From: Escherichia phage JN02
Sequence record: MT782071.1
Reading direction: 5' to 3' (one strand)
Length of the DNA stretch: 64,000 nt
The position numbers were made by a program, and so were the translations under genes. The notes beneath the pieces are model-generated. The model did no database searches, was not told the origin of the DNA, and saw only the letters and a list, made by a program, of their open reading frames with translations. Positions 1 to 9,325 of this stretch are shown here, one piece after another (position 1 is the stretch's first letter; every line of letters starts with the position of its first letter).

Positions 1-30
1 GACCCCGACCAAGAACAAGAGGATTTTTAA
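1..30 (+). CDS. 20: portal vertex protein gp20, last 9 codons (partial, start outside window)
   Basis: Frame 1 reads DPDQEQEDF-stop ending at 28-30 with TAATG overlap onto gene 67; T4 order 20-67-68-21. Confidence 0.4.
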   Translation, partial: DPDQEQEDF

Positions 31-266
31 TGGACGATTTAATTCAAGCTATTAAATCAAACGACCTCGTTGCTACTCGAAAGTTTTTTGAAAGTGCAAT
101 GGCAGAAAAAACGGTTCGTTTGATTGAAGCACGCAAAGCAGAAATCGCTTCTCAATTTTTGATTGAAGGCGAAGAACCTGAAGAAGAAAAGAAAGCTAAA
201 GCTTCGGAAGATGACGCTGATGAAGGCGATGACGACGAAGACGAAGATGATGAGGACGATGAATAA
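30..266 (+). CDS. 67: prohead core protein gp67
   Basis: 78 aa with D/E-rich C-terminal tail; SD GAGGA; size and position as T4 gp67. Confidence 0.85.
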   Translation: MDDLIQAIKSNDLVATRKFFESAMAEKTVRLIEARKAEIASQFLIEGEEPEEEKKAKASEDDADEGDDDEDEDDEDDE

Positions 267-691
267 TGTATCTTATCCCTGAATCTTATGAATTGGTACT
301 CGAAAATGTCGAAGCACTTATTCCTGAAGCACAGGGCCGAATCGATGCATTGTCTTCTGCTCTCGATATTGACGATATAAATACTATTATCGAGAACATG
401 CTTGAAACTGAAACGGATTTAGCTGTTGCAATGGCTTCCATTATTAATGAAGAACAGTTAAATGAGTTTATCGTTAAACATGTTTCTTCTCGTGGTGAAG
501 TCACCCGCACTAAAGACCGTAAAACTCGTGAACGTAACGCGTTCCAAACAACTGGTCTTTCTAAAGCAAAACGTAGACAAATCGCTCGTAAGGTCGTTAA
601 AGCTAAAAAAGCTAACCCTTCAGGCCAAGTTAAAGGCTTGCGTAAGCGTAAAAAAGCTCTTAAACGTCGTAAAGCATTAGGATTAAGCTAA
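266..691 (+). CDS. 68: prohead core protein gp68
   Basis: 141 aa, basic C-terminus; TAATG coupling to gene 67; T4 synteny. Confidence 0.85.
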   Translation: MYLIPESYELVLENVEALIPEAQGRIDALSSALDIDDINTIIENMLETETDLAVAMASIINEEQLNEFIVKHVSSRGEVTRTKDRKTRERNAFQTTGLSKAKRRQIARKVVKAKKANPSGQVKGLRKRKKALKRRKALGLS

Positions 692-1332
692 TGAATAAAC
701 CCGAGTTACTTATTGAAACTTGGGGTCAACCCGGTGAGATTATTGATGGCGTTCCAATGTTGGAATCTCATGATGGAAAAGATTCTGGCTTAAAACCAGG
801 GCTTTATATAGAAGGTATTTTTCTTCAGGCAGAGGTTGTTAACCGAAATAAACGTTTATATCCTAAACGCGTTTTGGAAAAAGCAGTAAGTGACTATATT
901 AAAGAACAAGTCGAAACCAAACAAGCCCTTGGAGAATTAAACCATCCACCTCGTGCAAATGTTGACCCTATGCAAGCCGCTATCATTATTGAAGATATGT
1001 GGTGGAAAGGAAACGATGTATATGGACGTGCTAGAATTATTGAAGGCGACCATGGTCCCGGTGATAAATTAGCTGCTAATATACGAGCTGGTTGGATTCC
1101 AGGTGTTTCCTCTCGTGGTCTTGGTTCTTTAACCGACACCAATAAAGGGTACCGTATCGTGAACGAAGGATTTAAATTAACCGTCGGCGTAGATGCCGTA
1201 TGGGGACCTTCTGCTCCAGATGCTTGGGTTACTCCTAAACAAATATCAGAATCAGAAAATTCGGTGGAAATCACCAAAAACAGTGCTGATGAAGCATTTA
1301 AAGCTCTCGCAGAGAGTTTAAAAGCATTATAA
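691..1332 (+). CDS. 21: prohead core protease gp21
   Basis: 213 aa; near-identical to remembered T4 gp21 sequence ([17 protein letters not shown]...). Confidence 0.95.
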   Translation: MNKPELLIETWGQPGEIIDGVPMLESHDGKDSGLKPGLYIEGIFLQAEVVNRNKRLYPKRVLEKAVSDYIKEQVETKQALGELNHPPRANVDPMQAAIIIEDMWWKGNDVYGRARIIEGDHGPGDKLAANIRAGWIPGVSSRGLGSLTDTNKGYRIVNEGFKLTVGVDAVWGPSAPDAWVTPKQISESENSVEITKNSADEAFKALAESLKAL

Positions 1333-1335
1333 ATA
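1328..1335 (+). promoter_or_regulatory. late promoter TATAAATA (gene 22)
   Basis: exact TATAAATA about 30 nt before gene 22 ATG. Confidence 0.7.
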
Positions 1336-1365
1336 ATAATGTAATCTAAACCACAGGACACTAAA

Positions 1366-2178
1366 ATGATCAAAGAACAACTTTTGAAAGAAGCTCAGAA
1401 TATCGAGACTTCAGTTGCTCTTAATAGTGTTTTCGAATCAGTAGAACTGTCTCCGGACGTTAAAGCTAATTTCAGCACTGTATTCGAAGCCACCGTTAAG
1501 CAGGAAGCAGTCAAACTAGCTGAATCTCATATCAAAGCTATCGCCGAAAAAGCCGAAGAAGAAGTTGAAAAGGCTAAAGAAGATGCTGAAGAGAAAGCTG
1601 ATAAAAAATTGGCTGAACAAGCTTCTAAATTCCTGGACCATCTTGCAAAAGAATGGCTCGCAGAAAACCAAATCGCAGTTGATAAAGGCATTAAAGCTGA
1701 TTTGTTCGAATCCATGCTTGGTGGTCTGAAAGAACTGTTTGTTGAACATAACGTTGTTGTTCCAGAAGAATCTGTAGATGTTGTAGCAGAAATGGAAGAA
1801 GAGCTGGCCGAACATAAAGAAGAAACCGCTCGTTTGTTCGAAGAAGTTACCAAACGTGATGCATATATCAATTACGTTCAGCGTGAAACCGCTATTAATG
1901 AAAGCGTAAAAGACCTGACTGAATCTCAGAAAGAAAAAGTTATTGGCCTGGTTGAAGGTATGGATTATTCTGACGCATTTGGTACTAAGTTAACTGCTAT
2001 TGTAGAAATGGTTAAAGGTTCTACTAAAGAAGAAGCCGCTATTACCGAAAGTATAAATACAGTTGACAATGACGCTGCCGGTCTTAATTTTGTTGCCGAA
2101 GCAGTTGACACTACCACAACTCAGGTAGAACAGAATTCTAATGTAAGTTTATATGCGAAAGTCGCATCTCGTTTCTAA
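1366..2178 (+). CDS. 22: prohead core scaffold protein gp22
   Basis: 270 aa, E/K-rich coiled-coil-like; preceded by late promoter TATAAATA; T4 synteny. Confidence 0.9.
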   Translation: MIKEQLLKEAQNIETSVALNSVFESVELSPDVKANFSTVFEATVKQEAVKLAESHIKAIAEKAEEEVEKAKEDAEEKADKKLAEQASKFLDHLAKEWLAENQIAVDKGIKADLFESMLGGLKELFVEHNVVVPEESVDVVAEMEEELAEHKEETARLFEEVTKRDAYINYVQRETAINESVKDLTESQKEKVIGLVEGMDYSDAFGTKLTAIVEMVKGSTKEEAAITESINTVDNDAAGLNFVAEAVDTTTTQVEQNSNVSLYAKVASRF

Positions 2179-2195
2179 TTTAAAGGTTAACACAA

Positions 2196-3764
2196 ATGAC
2201 TACTATCAAAACTAAAGCTCAGCTCGTAGACAAATGGAAAGAACTGCTGGAAGGTGAAGGCCTGCCGGAAATCGCTAATAGCAAGCAGGCTATTATCGCT
2301 AAAATCTTCGAAAACCAGGAAAAAGATTTCGAAGTATCCCCTGAATATAAAGACGAGAAAATCGCTCAGGCATTTGGTTCTTTCTTGACCGAAGCTGAAA
2401 TTGGTGGTGACCACGGTTATAATGCTCAGAACATCGCAGCAGGTCAAACCTCTGGTGCAGTAACCCAAATTGGGCCAGCAGTTATGGGTATGGTTCGTCG
2501 TGCTATTCCTAATCTGATCGCTTTTGATATTTGTGGTGTTCAGCCTATGAACAGCCCTACCGGTCAGGTATTTGCTCTCCGTGCAGTATATGGTAAAGAC
2601 CCTATCGCTGCTGGCGCTAAAGAAGCTTTCCATCCGATGTATGCCCCAGACGCGATGTTCTCTGGTCAGGGTGCTGCTAAGAAATTCCCAGCTCTGGCTG
2701 CTGACACTACTACTGTTGTAGGTGATATCTATACTCACTTCTTCCAAGAAACTGGTACTGTATATCTGCAAGCTTCTGCTGTAGTAACACTTGATTCTGG
2801 TGCAACTGATGCAGCTAAATTAGATGCCGAAGTTAAGAAACACATGGAAGCTGGTGCACTGGTAGAAATCGCTGAAGGTATGGCTACTTCTATCGCTGAA
2901 CTTCAGGAAGGCTTCAATGGTTCTACCGACAACCCGTGGAACGAAATGGGCTTCCGTATCGACAAACAAGTTATTGAAGCTAAATCTCGCCAGCTGAAAG
3001 CTGCTTACTCCATCGAATTGGCACAAGACCTCCGTGCAGTACACGGTATGGATGCTGATGCTGAACTGAGCGGTATTCTTGCTACTGAAATTATGCTAGA
3101 AATCAACCGTGAAGTTGTTGATTGGATTAACTACTCGGCACAGGTTGGTAAATCTGGTATGACCCTGACTCCGGGTTCTAAAGCTGGCGTATTTGACTTC
3201 CAGGACCCGATTGATATCCGTGGTGCTCGTTGGGCCGGTGAAAGCTTTAAATCTCTGTTGTTCCAGATTGATAAAGAAGCAGTTGAAATTGCTCGTCAAA
3301 CCGGTCGTGGTGAAGGTAACTTCATTATCGCTTCCCGTAACGTAGTTAACGTACTGGCTTCAGTTGACACTGGTATTTCTTACGCTGCACAGGGTCTGGC
3401 TTCTGGTTTTAATACCGACACTACTAAGTCTGTATTTGCCGGTGTACTTGGTGGTAAATACCGCGTATACATCGACCAGTATGCTAAACAGGATTACTTC
3501 ACCGTTGGTTACAAAGGCGCTAACGAAATGGATGCAGGTATTTACTATGCTCCTTACGTTGCACTTACCCCACTGCGTGGTTCCGATCCTAAGAACTTCC
3601 AGCCGGTAATGGGCTTTAAAACTCGTTACGGTATCGGTGTTAACCCGTTTGCTGAAAGTTCCCTGCAGGCTCCAGGTGCTCGCATCCAGTCCGGTATGCC
3701 GTCTATCCTGAACAGCCTTGGTAAGAACGCTTACTTCCGCCGTGTATATGTAAAAGGCATCTAA
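2196..3764 (+). CDS. 23: major capsid protein gp23
   Basis: 522 aa; matches remembered T4 gp23 (MTTIKTKAQLVDKWKELLEGEG...) over full length. Confidence 0.98.
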   Translation: MTTIKTKAQLVDKWKELLEGEGLPEIANSKQAIIAKIFENQEKDFEVSPEYKDEKIAQAFGSFLTEAEIGGDHGYNAQNIAAGQTSGAVTQIGPAVMGMVRRAIPNLIAFDICGVQPMNSPTGQVFALRAVYGKDPIAAGAKEAFHPMYAPDAMFSGQGAAKKFPALAADTTTVVGDIYTHFFQETGTVYLQASAVVTLDSGATDAAKLDAEVKKHMEAGALVEIAEGMATSIAELQEGFNGSTDNPWNEMGFRIDKQVIEAKSRQLKAAYSIELAQDLRAVHGMDADAELSGILATEIMLEINREVVDWINYSAQVGKSGMTLTPGSKAGVFDFQDPIDIRGARWAGESFKSLLFQIDKEAVEIARQTGRGEGNFIIASRNVVNVLASVDTGISYAAQGLASGFNTDTTKSVFAGVLGGKYRVYIDQYAKQDYFTVGYKGANEMDAGIYYAPYVALTPLRGSDPKNFQPVMGFKTRYGIGVNPFAESSLQAPGARIQSGMPSILNSLGKNAYFRRVYVKGI

Positions 3765-3788
3765 TCTTAATTGATTAAATCTTATTTT

Positions 3789-3812
3789 GGGAGACTTCGG
3801 TCTCCCTTTTTT
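3789..3812 (+). terminator. intrinsic terminator after gene 23
   Basis: GGGAGAC-UUCG-GUCUCCC hairpin followed by T6. Confidence 0.8.
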
Positions 3813-3816
3813 GGTT

Positions 3817-4086
3817 TTATTTCTGTGCAATTTCGATGTAAGTTTTCAAAATATTTTGCCAATTAGGCATACCTTCTTGGACATATGCCGGAGAGCCGTC
3901 TTTGTTTTTGAATGACGCAAGTTTATCAGTGGCCCAATAACCTTTAGCTCGAGCTTCAGAATCAACTTTCATCCATACTTTGTTGAAGGCATTACCATTA
4001 ACTTTTGCACCATATTTTTCTACTAACTTAACTGCTTCAGCTTCTAGAACTTTTAAAGTATCTCGTAAGAAACGTGCTTTAGTCAT
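3817..4086 (-). CDS. hypothetical early protein in the gene 23-24 gap (segD position in T4)
   Basis: 89 aa; ATG with SD GAGGAG; own early promoter just upstream; no recognisable domain. Confidence 0.6.
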   Translation of the reverse strand: MTKARFLRDTLKVLEAEAVKLVEKYGAKVNGNAFNKVWMKVDSEARAKGYWATDKLASFKNKDGSPAYVQEGMPNWQNILKTYIEIAQK

Positions 4087-4116
4087 TTTGTTTACTCCTC
4101 TGTAGTTGATAAGTCT

Positions 4117-4146
4117 ATAGTATCACATACCAAATACGTTGTAAAC
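4117..4146 (-). promoter_or_regulatory. early promoter (sigma-70, T4 early type)
   Basis: minus strand GTTTAC, 18 nt, TACTAT; drives ORF 3817..4086. Confidence 0.65.
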
Positions 4147-4152
4147 AATCTT

Positions 4153-4160
4153 TATAAATA
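4153..4160 (+). promoter_or_regulatory. late promoter TATAAATA (gene 24)
   Basis: exact TATAAATA 28 nt before gene 24 ATG. Confidence 0.7.
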
Positions 4161-4187
4161 ATCTATATCACATAAGGAAAAAATGCA

Positions 4188-5471
4188 ATGAGTAAAATCC
4201 AAAAATTATTGCGTGAATCTACAACGTCTACTAGCAACTCAATTGGTCGCCCAAATCTCGTTGCTTTGACTCGCGCTACGACTAAATTAATATATTCTGA
4301 CATTGTAGCAACACAAAGAACTAATCAGCCTGTTGCTGCTTTTTATGGTATCAAATATCTTAACCCAGATAACGAATTCACATTTAAAACTGGTGCTACT
4401 TATGCGGGTGAAGTTGGATATGTAGACCGAGAAAAAATTACTGAGCTCACAGAAGAATCAAAAGTCACACTAAATAAAGGCGATTTTTTCAAATATAATA
4501 ATATCGTCTATAAAGTGTTAGAAGATACACCATTTGCAGATATTCAAGAAAGTGATCTAGAATTAGCTCTTCAGATTGCAGTCGTTCATTTAAAGGTACG
4601 GTTATTTTCAGATGCAGCGGTAACAAGCAAATTTGAAAGCTCTGATAGCGAAATTTCTGATGCAAGATTCCAGATTAATAAATGGCAAACTTCAGTCAAA
4701 TCTCGTAAACTTAAAACTGGACTCACGGTTGAATTAGCGCAAGATTTGGAAGCGAATGGATTTGATGCCCCTAACTTCTTAGAAGATTTGCTTGCTACTG
4801 AAATGGCCGATGAAATTAATAAAGATATTCTTCAGTCTTTAATTACTGTATCGAAACGTTATAAAGTTACTGGAATTACTGACACCGGATTTATTGACTT
4901 GAGCTATGCATCCGCTCCAGAAGCAGGACGTTCATTATATCGAATGGTGTGTGAAATGGTATCACACATTCAAAAAGAGACAACTTATACTGCAACGTTT
5001 TGTGTAGCCTCAGCTCGTGCAGCTGCTATTCTTGCTGCTTCTGGTTGGTTAAAACATAAGCCAGAAGATGACAAGTATCTTTCACAAAATGCTTATGGAT
5101 TCTTGGCAAATGGATTACCTCTTTACTGTGATACCAACAGTCCGTTAGATTATGTTATTGTGGGTGTTGTAGAAAATATCGGCGAAAAAGAAATTGTAGG
5201 GTCCATCTTTTATGCTCCATACACTGAAGGAGTAGATTTAGATGACCCGGAACATGTTGGTGCATTTAAAGTTGTAGTTGATCCAGAAAGCTTGCAACCG
5301 TCTATCGGATTATTGGTTAGATATGCTTTATCAGCAAATCCTTACACAGTAGCAAAAGACGAAAAAGAAGCGAGAATAATTGATGGTGGGGACATGGATA
5401 AAATGGCAGGACGTTCAGACTTGTCTGTTTTACTCGGTGTTAAATTGCCTAAAATTATTATAGATGAATAA
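4188..5471 (+). CDS. 24: head vertex protein gp24
   Basis: 427 aa; matches T4 gp24; late promoter TATAAATA at 4153-4160. Confidence 0.95.
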   Translation: MSKIQKLLRESTTSTSNSIGRPNLVALTRATTKLIYSDIVATQRTNQPVAAFYGIKYLNPDNEFTFKTGATYAGEVGYVDREKITELTEESKVTLNKGDFFKYNNIVYKVLEDTPFADIQESDLELALQIAVVHLKVRLFSDAAVTSKFESSDSEISDARFQINKWQTSVKSRKLKTGLTVELAQDLEANGFDAPNFLEDLLATEMADEINKDILQSLITVSKRYKVTGITDTGFIDLSYASAPEAGRSLYRMVCEMVSHIQKETTYTATFCVASARAAAILAASGWLKHKPEDDKYLSQNAYGFLANGLPLYCDTNSPLDYVIVGVVENIGEKEIVGSIFYAPYTEGVDLDDPEHVGAFKVVVDPESLQPSIGLLVRYALSANPYTVAKDEKEARIIDGGDMDKMAGRSDLSVLLGVKLPKIIIDE

Positions 5472-5481
5472 ACAAAAAAAA

Positions 5482-5497
5482 GGGACCTTACGGTCCC
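5482..5497. terminator. bidirectional intrinsic terminator between gene 24 and rnlB
   Basis: GGGACC-UUAC-GGUCCC hairpin flanked by A8 and T9. Confidence 0.8.
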
Positions 5498-5507
5498 TTT
5501 TTTTTTG

Positions 5508-6515
5508 TTATGATACTAATTCAATCCATGCAGGACGCAGAACATCTTGCACCATTCGGACTAATTCTTTCTTAACAAGATTCGGATTATCAGATGATGT
5601 TAATACAATACCTTCACGAGAAGTTTCTTCCAGAATATCTTGAACAGTCAATCCCATCACTTTACCAAAATCTTTTGGCGTTACAGTCCCAATCTTAGAA
5701 ATCACATTATTAACACGATTTAATGTAACATAACAAGCTAGAACATCAAGCAGGTTTTTGTCAATTTCGGTTAATGGAACCTGAGTTTTAACAGGCTTAT
5801 CAGACTTTTTCTTTTCACTGAATTTAGAGTTCTTGCACTTAATAGCTACACGAGTACCGTTTGACAGCCATTTAGGGAAACAGGGCTTCAGAACATAACC
5901 TTCTGCTGTATTATCGCCAATAACATTAGCATCAAATACACAATTATTTGCTTCTACAAGGTCTTCTGATGCAGTAGAATTATAAGCGGCTAAGACAGAA
6001 TCAAGGTCATTTGGAATCATGATAAGAGAATCAAATGTTCCACGACCAAGCATTGGTGCCATTTTAAAACCAAACGTATTACAGAAATCTTGCATTTCGT
6101 AATCACTCATATAATAAGTATCATCACTTTCCGTGTTTATGATGATATCGAACACATAAAAATCTTTTTCACCGTAGTCAACACCTTTCTGGATTCCACC
6201 ACCAGCGAATTCACCAAAGACTTGATATGACACCGGCACTGAAGTTGAAATACTTTCCATGACTTCTTGAACGGCTTTAATAGCTTTATCATACTTCTTA
6301 AGTACGATTTCATAACCATAAAAATCTTCTGCTGGAAGAATAGGGCCTGTGCGCTTGGCGCATGTGACGTTGTCACGTTCAATTATTAACGAGAAGTTGG
6401 TCCCATGGATTTTCTCACGTGCTACCCAAACACCGGTAGTCAAACCATTAGTGTAGAGTTTTTCAATAAACTTAGAGTTGTAGTGGTTTTCAAGACTGCT
6501 GTATTTCTTAAACAT
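5508..6515 (-). CDS. rnlB: RNA ligase 2 (Rnl2)
   Basis: 335 aa; adenylylation motif KIHGTN; matches T4 Rnl2 length and position. Confidence 0.93.
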   Translation of the reverse strand: MFKKYSSLENHYNSKFIEKLYTNGLTTGVWVAREKIHGTNFSLIIERDNVTCAKRTGPILPAEDFYGYEIVLKKYDKAIKAVQEVMESISTSVPVSYQVFGEFAGGGIQKGVDYGEKDFYVFDIIINTESDDTYYMSDYEMQDFCNTFGFKMAPMLGRGTFDSLIMIPNDLDSVLAAYNSTASEDLVEANNCVFDANVIGDNTAEGYVLKPCFPKWLSNGTRVAIKCKNSKFSEKKKSDKPVKTQVPLTEIDKNLLDVLACYVTLNRVNNVISKIGTVTPKDFGKVMGLTVQDILEETSREGIVLTSSDNPNLVKKELVRMVQDVLRPAWIELVS

Positions 6516-6634
6516 AAATCACCATTATAAATAATAATATCAAAATAATTAGCAGAGACTCTATCTCTGGCCCGATGTTTAATTTGAATGGATAGAACCT
6601 AGATTCATTATACCATCAAAAAATGTAAAGCATA

Positions 6635-6886
6635 CTAGAACTTGATTTCTATCCAATGCCCATCACGCTGGTCGTGATTAATTTTGTACTGAAAGCCGTT
6701 ATCACGGAACCACTGCCCAATTTGCTCGGTGATAGTTAAATCATTCTTTGAGGGATAGTACGTAAATTGTGTCTGACCTTTGTCAGCGGCTTTCTCTGCC
6801 ATCACAGAGAAGTTAGTAATAAAATCTTTCAACAAATTGGCTTTAGTGGCCAGGGCCCTTTCTCTTAATTCCTGTGCAAAACTCAT
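6635..6886 (-). CDS. hypothetical protein (T4 24.2 position)
   Basis: 83 aa ORF with ATG start, between rnlB and hoc. Confidence 0.6.
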   Translation of the reverse strand: MSFAQELRERALATKANLLKDFITNFSVMAEKAADKGQTQFTYYPSKNDLTITEQIGQWFRDNGFQYKINHDQRDGHWIEIKF

Positions 6887-7089
6887 TTCTTCACCTTTTT
6901 GTTAATCAAACGTTTACGGTATACAACTTTTTCTTTTGCTTTAAACTTTGACCGAGCTGTCTCGGCTTTAGTCCATAGTAATCCAACTTCTTTAGGTTGT
7001 AAACCAATTTTTTGAGCAATTTCTACGAATGAAAATCCCGCCTCATGTAATGTATAAACTTCAACTTCAGCTCTCATAATCAATCCCAT
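6883..7089 (-). CDS. hypothetical protein (T4 24.3 position)
   Basis: 68 aa basic ORF; overlaps stop of downstream ORF; weak SD. Confidence 0.5.
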   Translation of the reverse strand: MGLIMRAEVEVYTLHEAGFSFVEIAQKIGLQPKEVGLLWTKAETARSKFKAKEKVVYRKRLINKKVKK

Positions 7090-7158
7090 ATTATTTGGTT
7101 TGTGCCATTATATACATCAATCTCAAGTTGTGTTTTGTATGCTTTAAAAACGAAGAAA

Positions 7159-7172
7159 GGGGCCGAAGCCCC
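7159..7172 (-). terminator. intrinsic terminator after hoc
   Basis: minus strand GGGGC-UUCG-GCCCC followed by a U-rich tract. Confidence 0.7.
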
Positions 7173-7178
7173 TTACGA

Positions 7179-8597
7179 TTATGGATATGTATAGATGATA
7201 CCAGTTTCTAAAGCAGTTTTATGGATGACGTATCCATTACGTGATTCTTGAACATCAACTTCCGGATAGTCTTTCATCATCTTCTGAAGTGTGTAACGAT
7301 GCAAGTAGTACTTACTATCTGGATCTTCAGTTTTCCAATCTTTACCTTCTTCAGTCATTTTTTGGATTTCATCCATAACCCACCATCCGCACCAGATGTA
7401 AGCTGAAGTACGATGTGGAAGAGGATGAACATAAGGTAGTTCACCTTCTGGTTCTGGAGCAACTTTATCGGTTACCTGAACTTGACCTTCTGCTGTAATA
7501 GTTTTGCTATCGTAATCAGTTGCAGTAATAGTTGCAGTAACTTCAATAGTTTGACTTCCAATAGATGAGGTATCAACAGTATATACATTAGTTGACCCTT
7601 CTACAGGAGAAGAATCTTTCTTCCACGAGTAAGTAATTTGTGCTGCGTCAGGTGCGCCAGTAACATTAGCAGTAAATGTAGCCGAAGCATCTTGTTGAAC
7701 ATTAATAGAAGGAGGAGTCAATGTAATCTGTGGATTCATTGTCTTCTTATTAACCGTTAATGATACTTCATTCGAAGTAACTTCCTTTGCATCATAATCT
7801 GTCGCTGTTACTTGGGCTACACACTTAATTTTTTTAACTCCACTTGTAGTTGGAGTATAGCTAAATGTAGAGTTAGTTTCTCCACCAACCTGTGAATCAT
7901 CTACATACCACTGATACGTAGCAGACGCTCCAACCGGTTGAGAAGCTAAGGCAGCAGTAAATTGAACTTGGGTTCCAATTACTCCGGCCGAAGGACTATT
8001 GGGAGTTACTGCCAACGTAGTTGTCTGTGTCTTTTTATTAACAGTCAGTGACACTTCATTAGAAGTAACGCTTAGTGCATCATAATCTGCCGCAGTTACT
8101 TGAGCTACACACTTGATTTTTTTAACTCCGCTTGTAGAAGGAGTGTAATTGAATGTAGCGGAAGTTGCTTCGCCAACAGGAGAATCATCTACATACCATT
8201 GATAAGTAGCGTTTGCGCCTGATGGCTGCGAAGCTAAAGCGGCAGTAAATTGAACTTGGGTTCCAATTACTCCAGCGTCAGGGCTATTAGGAGTTACAGC
8301 TAAGGTAGTCGTTTGTGTCTTGTTTTGAACTGTGATAGTTGTAGAAGCTTCTGCTGTTTCAGCTTCAGCTTCCGGAACTGTATTTGTTGCAACTACTTTA
8401 ATAGTCTTTTGACCTGCAGGTCCTTTTAGTACATAACTAAAAGTTGCTTCAGCTCCATCTTGTGGAACATCATCTACAGTCCAAGCATATGTAATAGTTC
8501 CACCTCCAGTTTCACCACTGGGAGTAGCAGTAAACTGCTTAGTCTCATCTATAACTCCAGTAGGTGTTTTAGGAGTTATATCAACTGTAAAAGCCAT
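7179..8597 (-). CDS. hoc: highly immunogenic outer capsid protein Hoc, with an extra tandem Ig-like domain
   Basis: 472 aa; T/S/V-rich Ig-like repeats; two ~96-aa tandem copies; T4 position between 24.3 and inh. Confidence 0.85.
   Translation of the reverse strand: MAFTVDITPKTPTGVIDETKQFTATPSGETGGGTITYAWTVDDVPQDGAEATFSYVLKGPAGQKTIKVVATNTVPEAEAETAEASTTITVQNKTQTTTLAVTPNSPDAGVIGTQVQFTAALASQPSGANATYQWYVDDSPVGEATSATFNYTPSTSGVKKIKCVAQVTAADYDALSVTSNEVSLTVNKKTQTTTLAVTPNSPSAGVIGTQVQFTAALASQPVGASATYQWYVDDSQVGGETNSTFSYTPTTSGVKKIKCVAQVTATDYDAKEVTSNEVSLTVNKKTMNPQITLTPPSINVQQDASATFTANVTGAPDAAQITYSWKKDSSPVEGSTNVYTVDTSSIGSQTIEVTATITATDYDSKTITAEGQVQVTDKVAPEPEGELPYVHPLPHRTSAYIWCGWWVMDEIQKMTEEGKDWKTEDPDSKYYLHRYTLQKMMKDYPEVDVQESRNGYVIHKTALETGIIYTYP
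7740..8320 (-). repeat. tandem duplication of a 288-bp unit inside hoc
   Basis: two adjacent 288-bp units, roughly 85-90 percent identical by eye (landmark motif at 7955 and again at 8243). Confidence 0.8.
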
Positions 8598-8606
8598 AAG
8601 TTATCC

Positions 8607-9275
8607 TTATTTTAATGTTACGAAAGAAGAATTACGAGTTTCACGAATTAGAACTGATCCATCGCGATTAATATAATAAATTAAGCTAAATAATGTTTGG
8701 TGAGCAGAAGCATGCACAAAACTAGTTGGGCGAGATTTCCAATCTGGGGTTTCGGCTATCCATTGATAAATCCACCAAGGAACAGTAACATATCCTGGGC
8801 CTTTGCCTAATTTAATGAGTGTAGGACTAAAATTTTCAGGCAGAACAAATTTTACTTCTTTATTTACCTCTGCCTCAGGCTCTTTTTCAGATTCAACAAC
8901 CTGAGTAATTGCTTCTTCGAATTTATCATGGTCGAATTCTTTTTCTTGTTCGACAACTTCTAATACTTCAACTTGTTCTGTTGGAGAATCAAACAACAGA
9001 ATAGCTTCTTCTTTAACTTCTTCGTTGGTGAAATTAACACCGTCTACATCATCTGCGGCAGTAATTAAATCAGTGATAGATAATCCATCAGTTTCAGGTA
9101 ATGGTTCATCAGCCAGTGCGTTAAGAGCTTCTTCGATATCAATAACAATATTATCGAATGATTTTGATTTCTTAACACTAATGCCAAATTGTTCCGCATA
9201 TTCAAACAGTTTAGCTTTGGCTTCCTTTTTATCAGAAAGAGCACGTAACTCTTCAATATAGTCTTTATCGATCAT
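8607..9275 (-). CDS. inh: inhibitor of prohead protease Inh
   Basis: 222 aa acidic protein at the T4 inh position; SD TGAGGAAA. Confidence 0.7.
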   Translation of the reverse strand: MIDKDYIEELRALSDKKEAKAKLFEYAEQFGISVKKSKSFDNIVIDIEEALNALADEPLPETDGLSITDLITAADDVDGVNFTNEEVKEEAILLFDSPTEQVEVLEVVEQEKEFDHDKFEEAITQVVESEKEPEAEVNKEVKFVLPENFSPTLIKLGKGPGYVTVPWWIYQWIAETPDWKSRPTSFVHASAHQTLFSLIYYINRDGSVLIRETRNSSFVTLK

Positions 9276-9288
9276 GATATTTCCTCAT

Positions 9289-9296
9289 TATAAATA
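9289..9296 (+). promoter_or_regulatory. late-type promoter TATAAATA upstream of uvsW
   Basis: exact TATAAATA 30 nt before uvsW ATG. Confidence 0.55.
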
Positions 9297-9325
9297 TAAT
9301 TATATTTATTACATGGTAATTTGAC

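Noticed and set aside
286-3830. Antisense and out-of-frame ORFs within the 68-21-22-23 block (for example 286..510, 894..1373, 1527..1871, 2187..2771, 3360..3830)
   Set aside because: Overlap high-confidence capsid genes; no promoters or SD; typical spurious frames
7740-8320. Tandem repeats in hoc, and the short repeats in gene 37, considered as a CRISPR array
   Set aside because: The repeats are in-frame coding repeats within structural genes, with no short repeat-spacer periodicity
9025-9261. Plus and minus ORFs inside inh (9025..9261, 9065..9256)
   Set aside because: Alternative frames within the inh coding region; no signals
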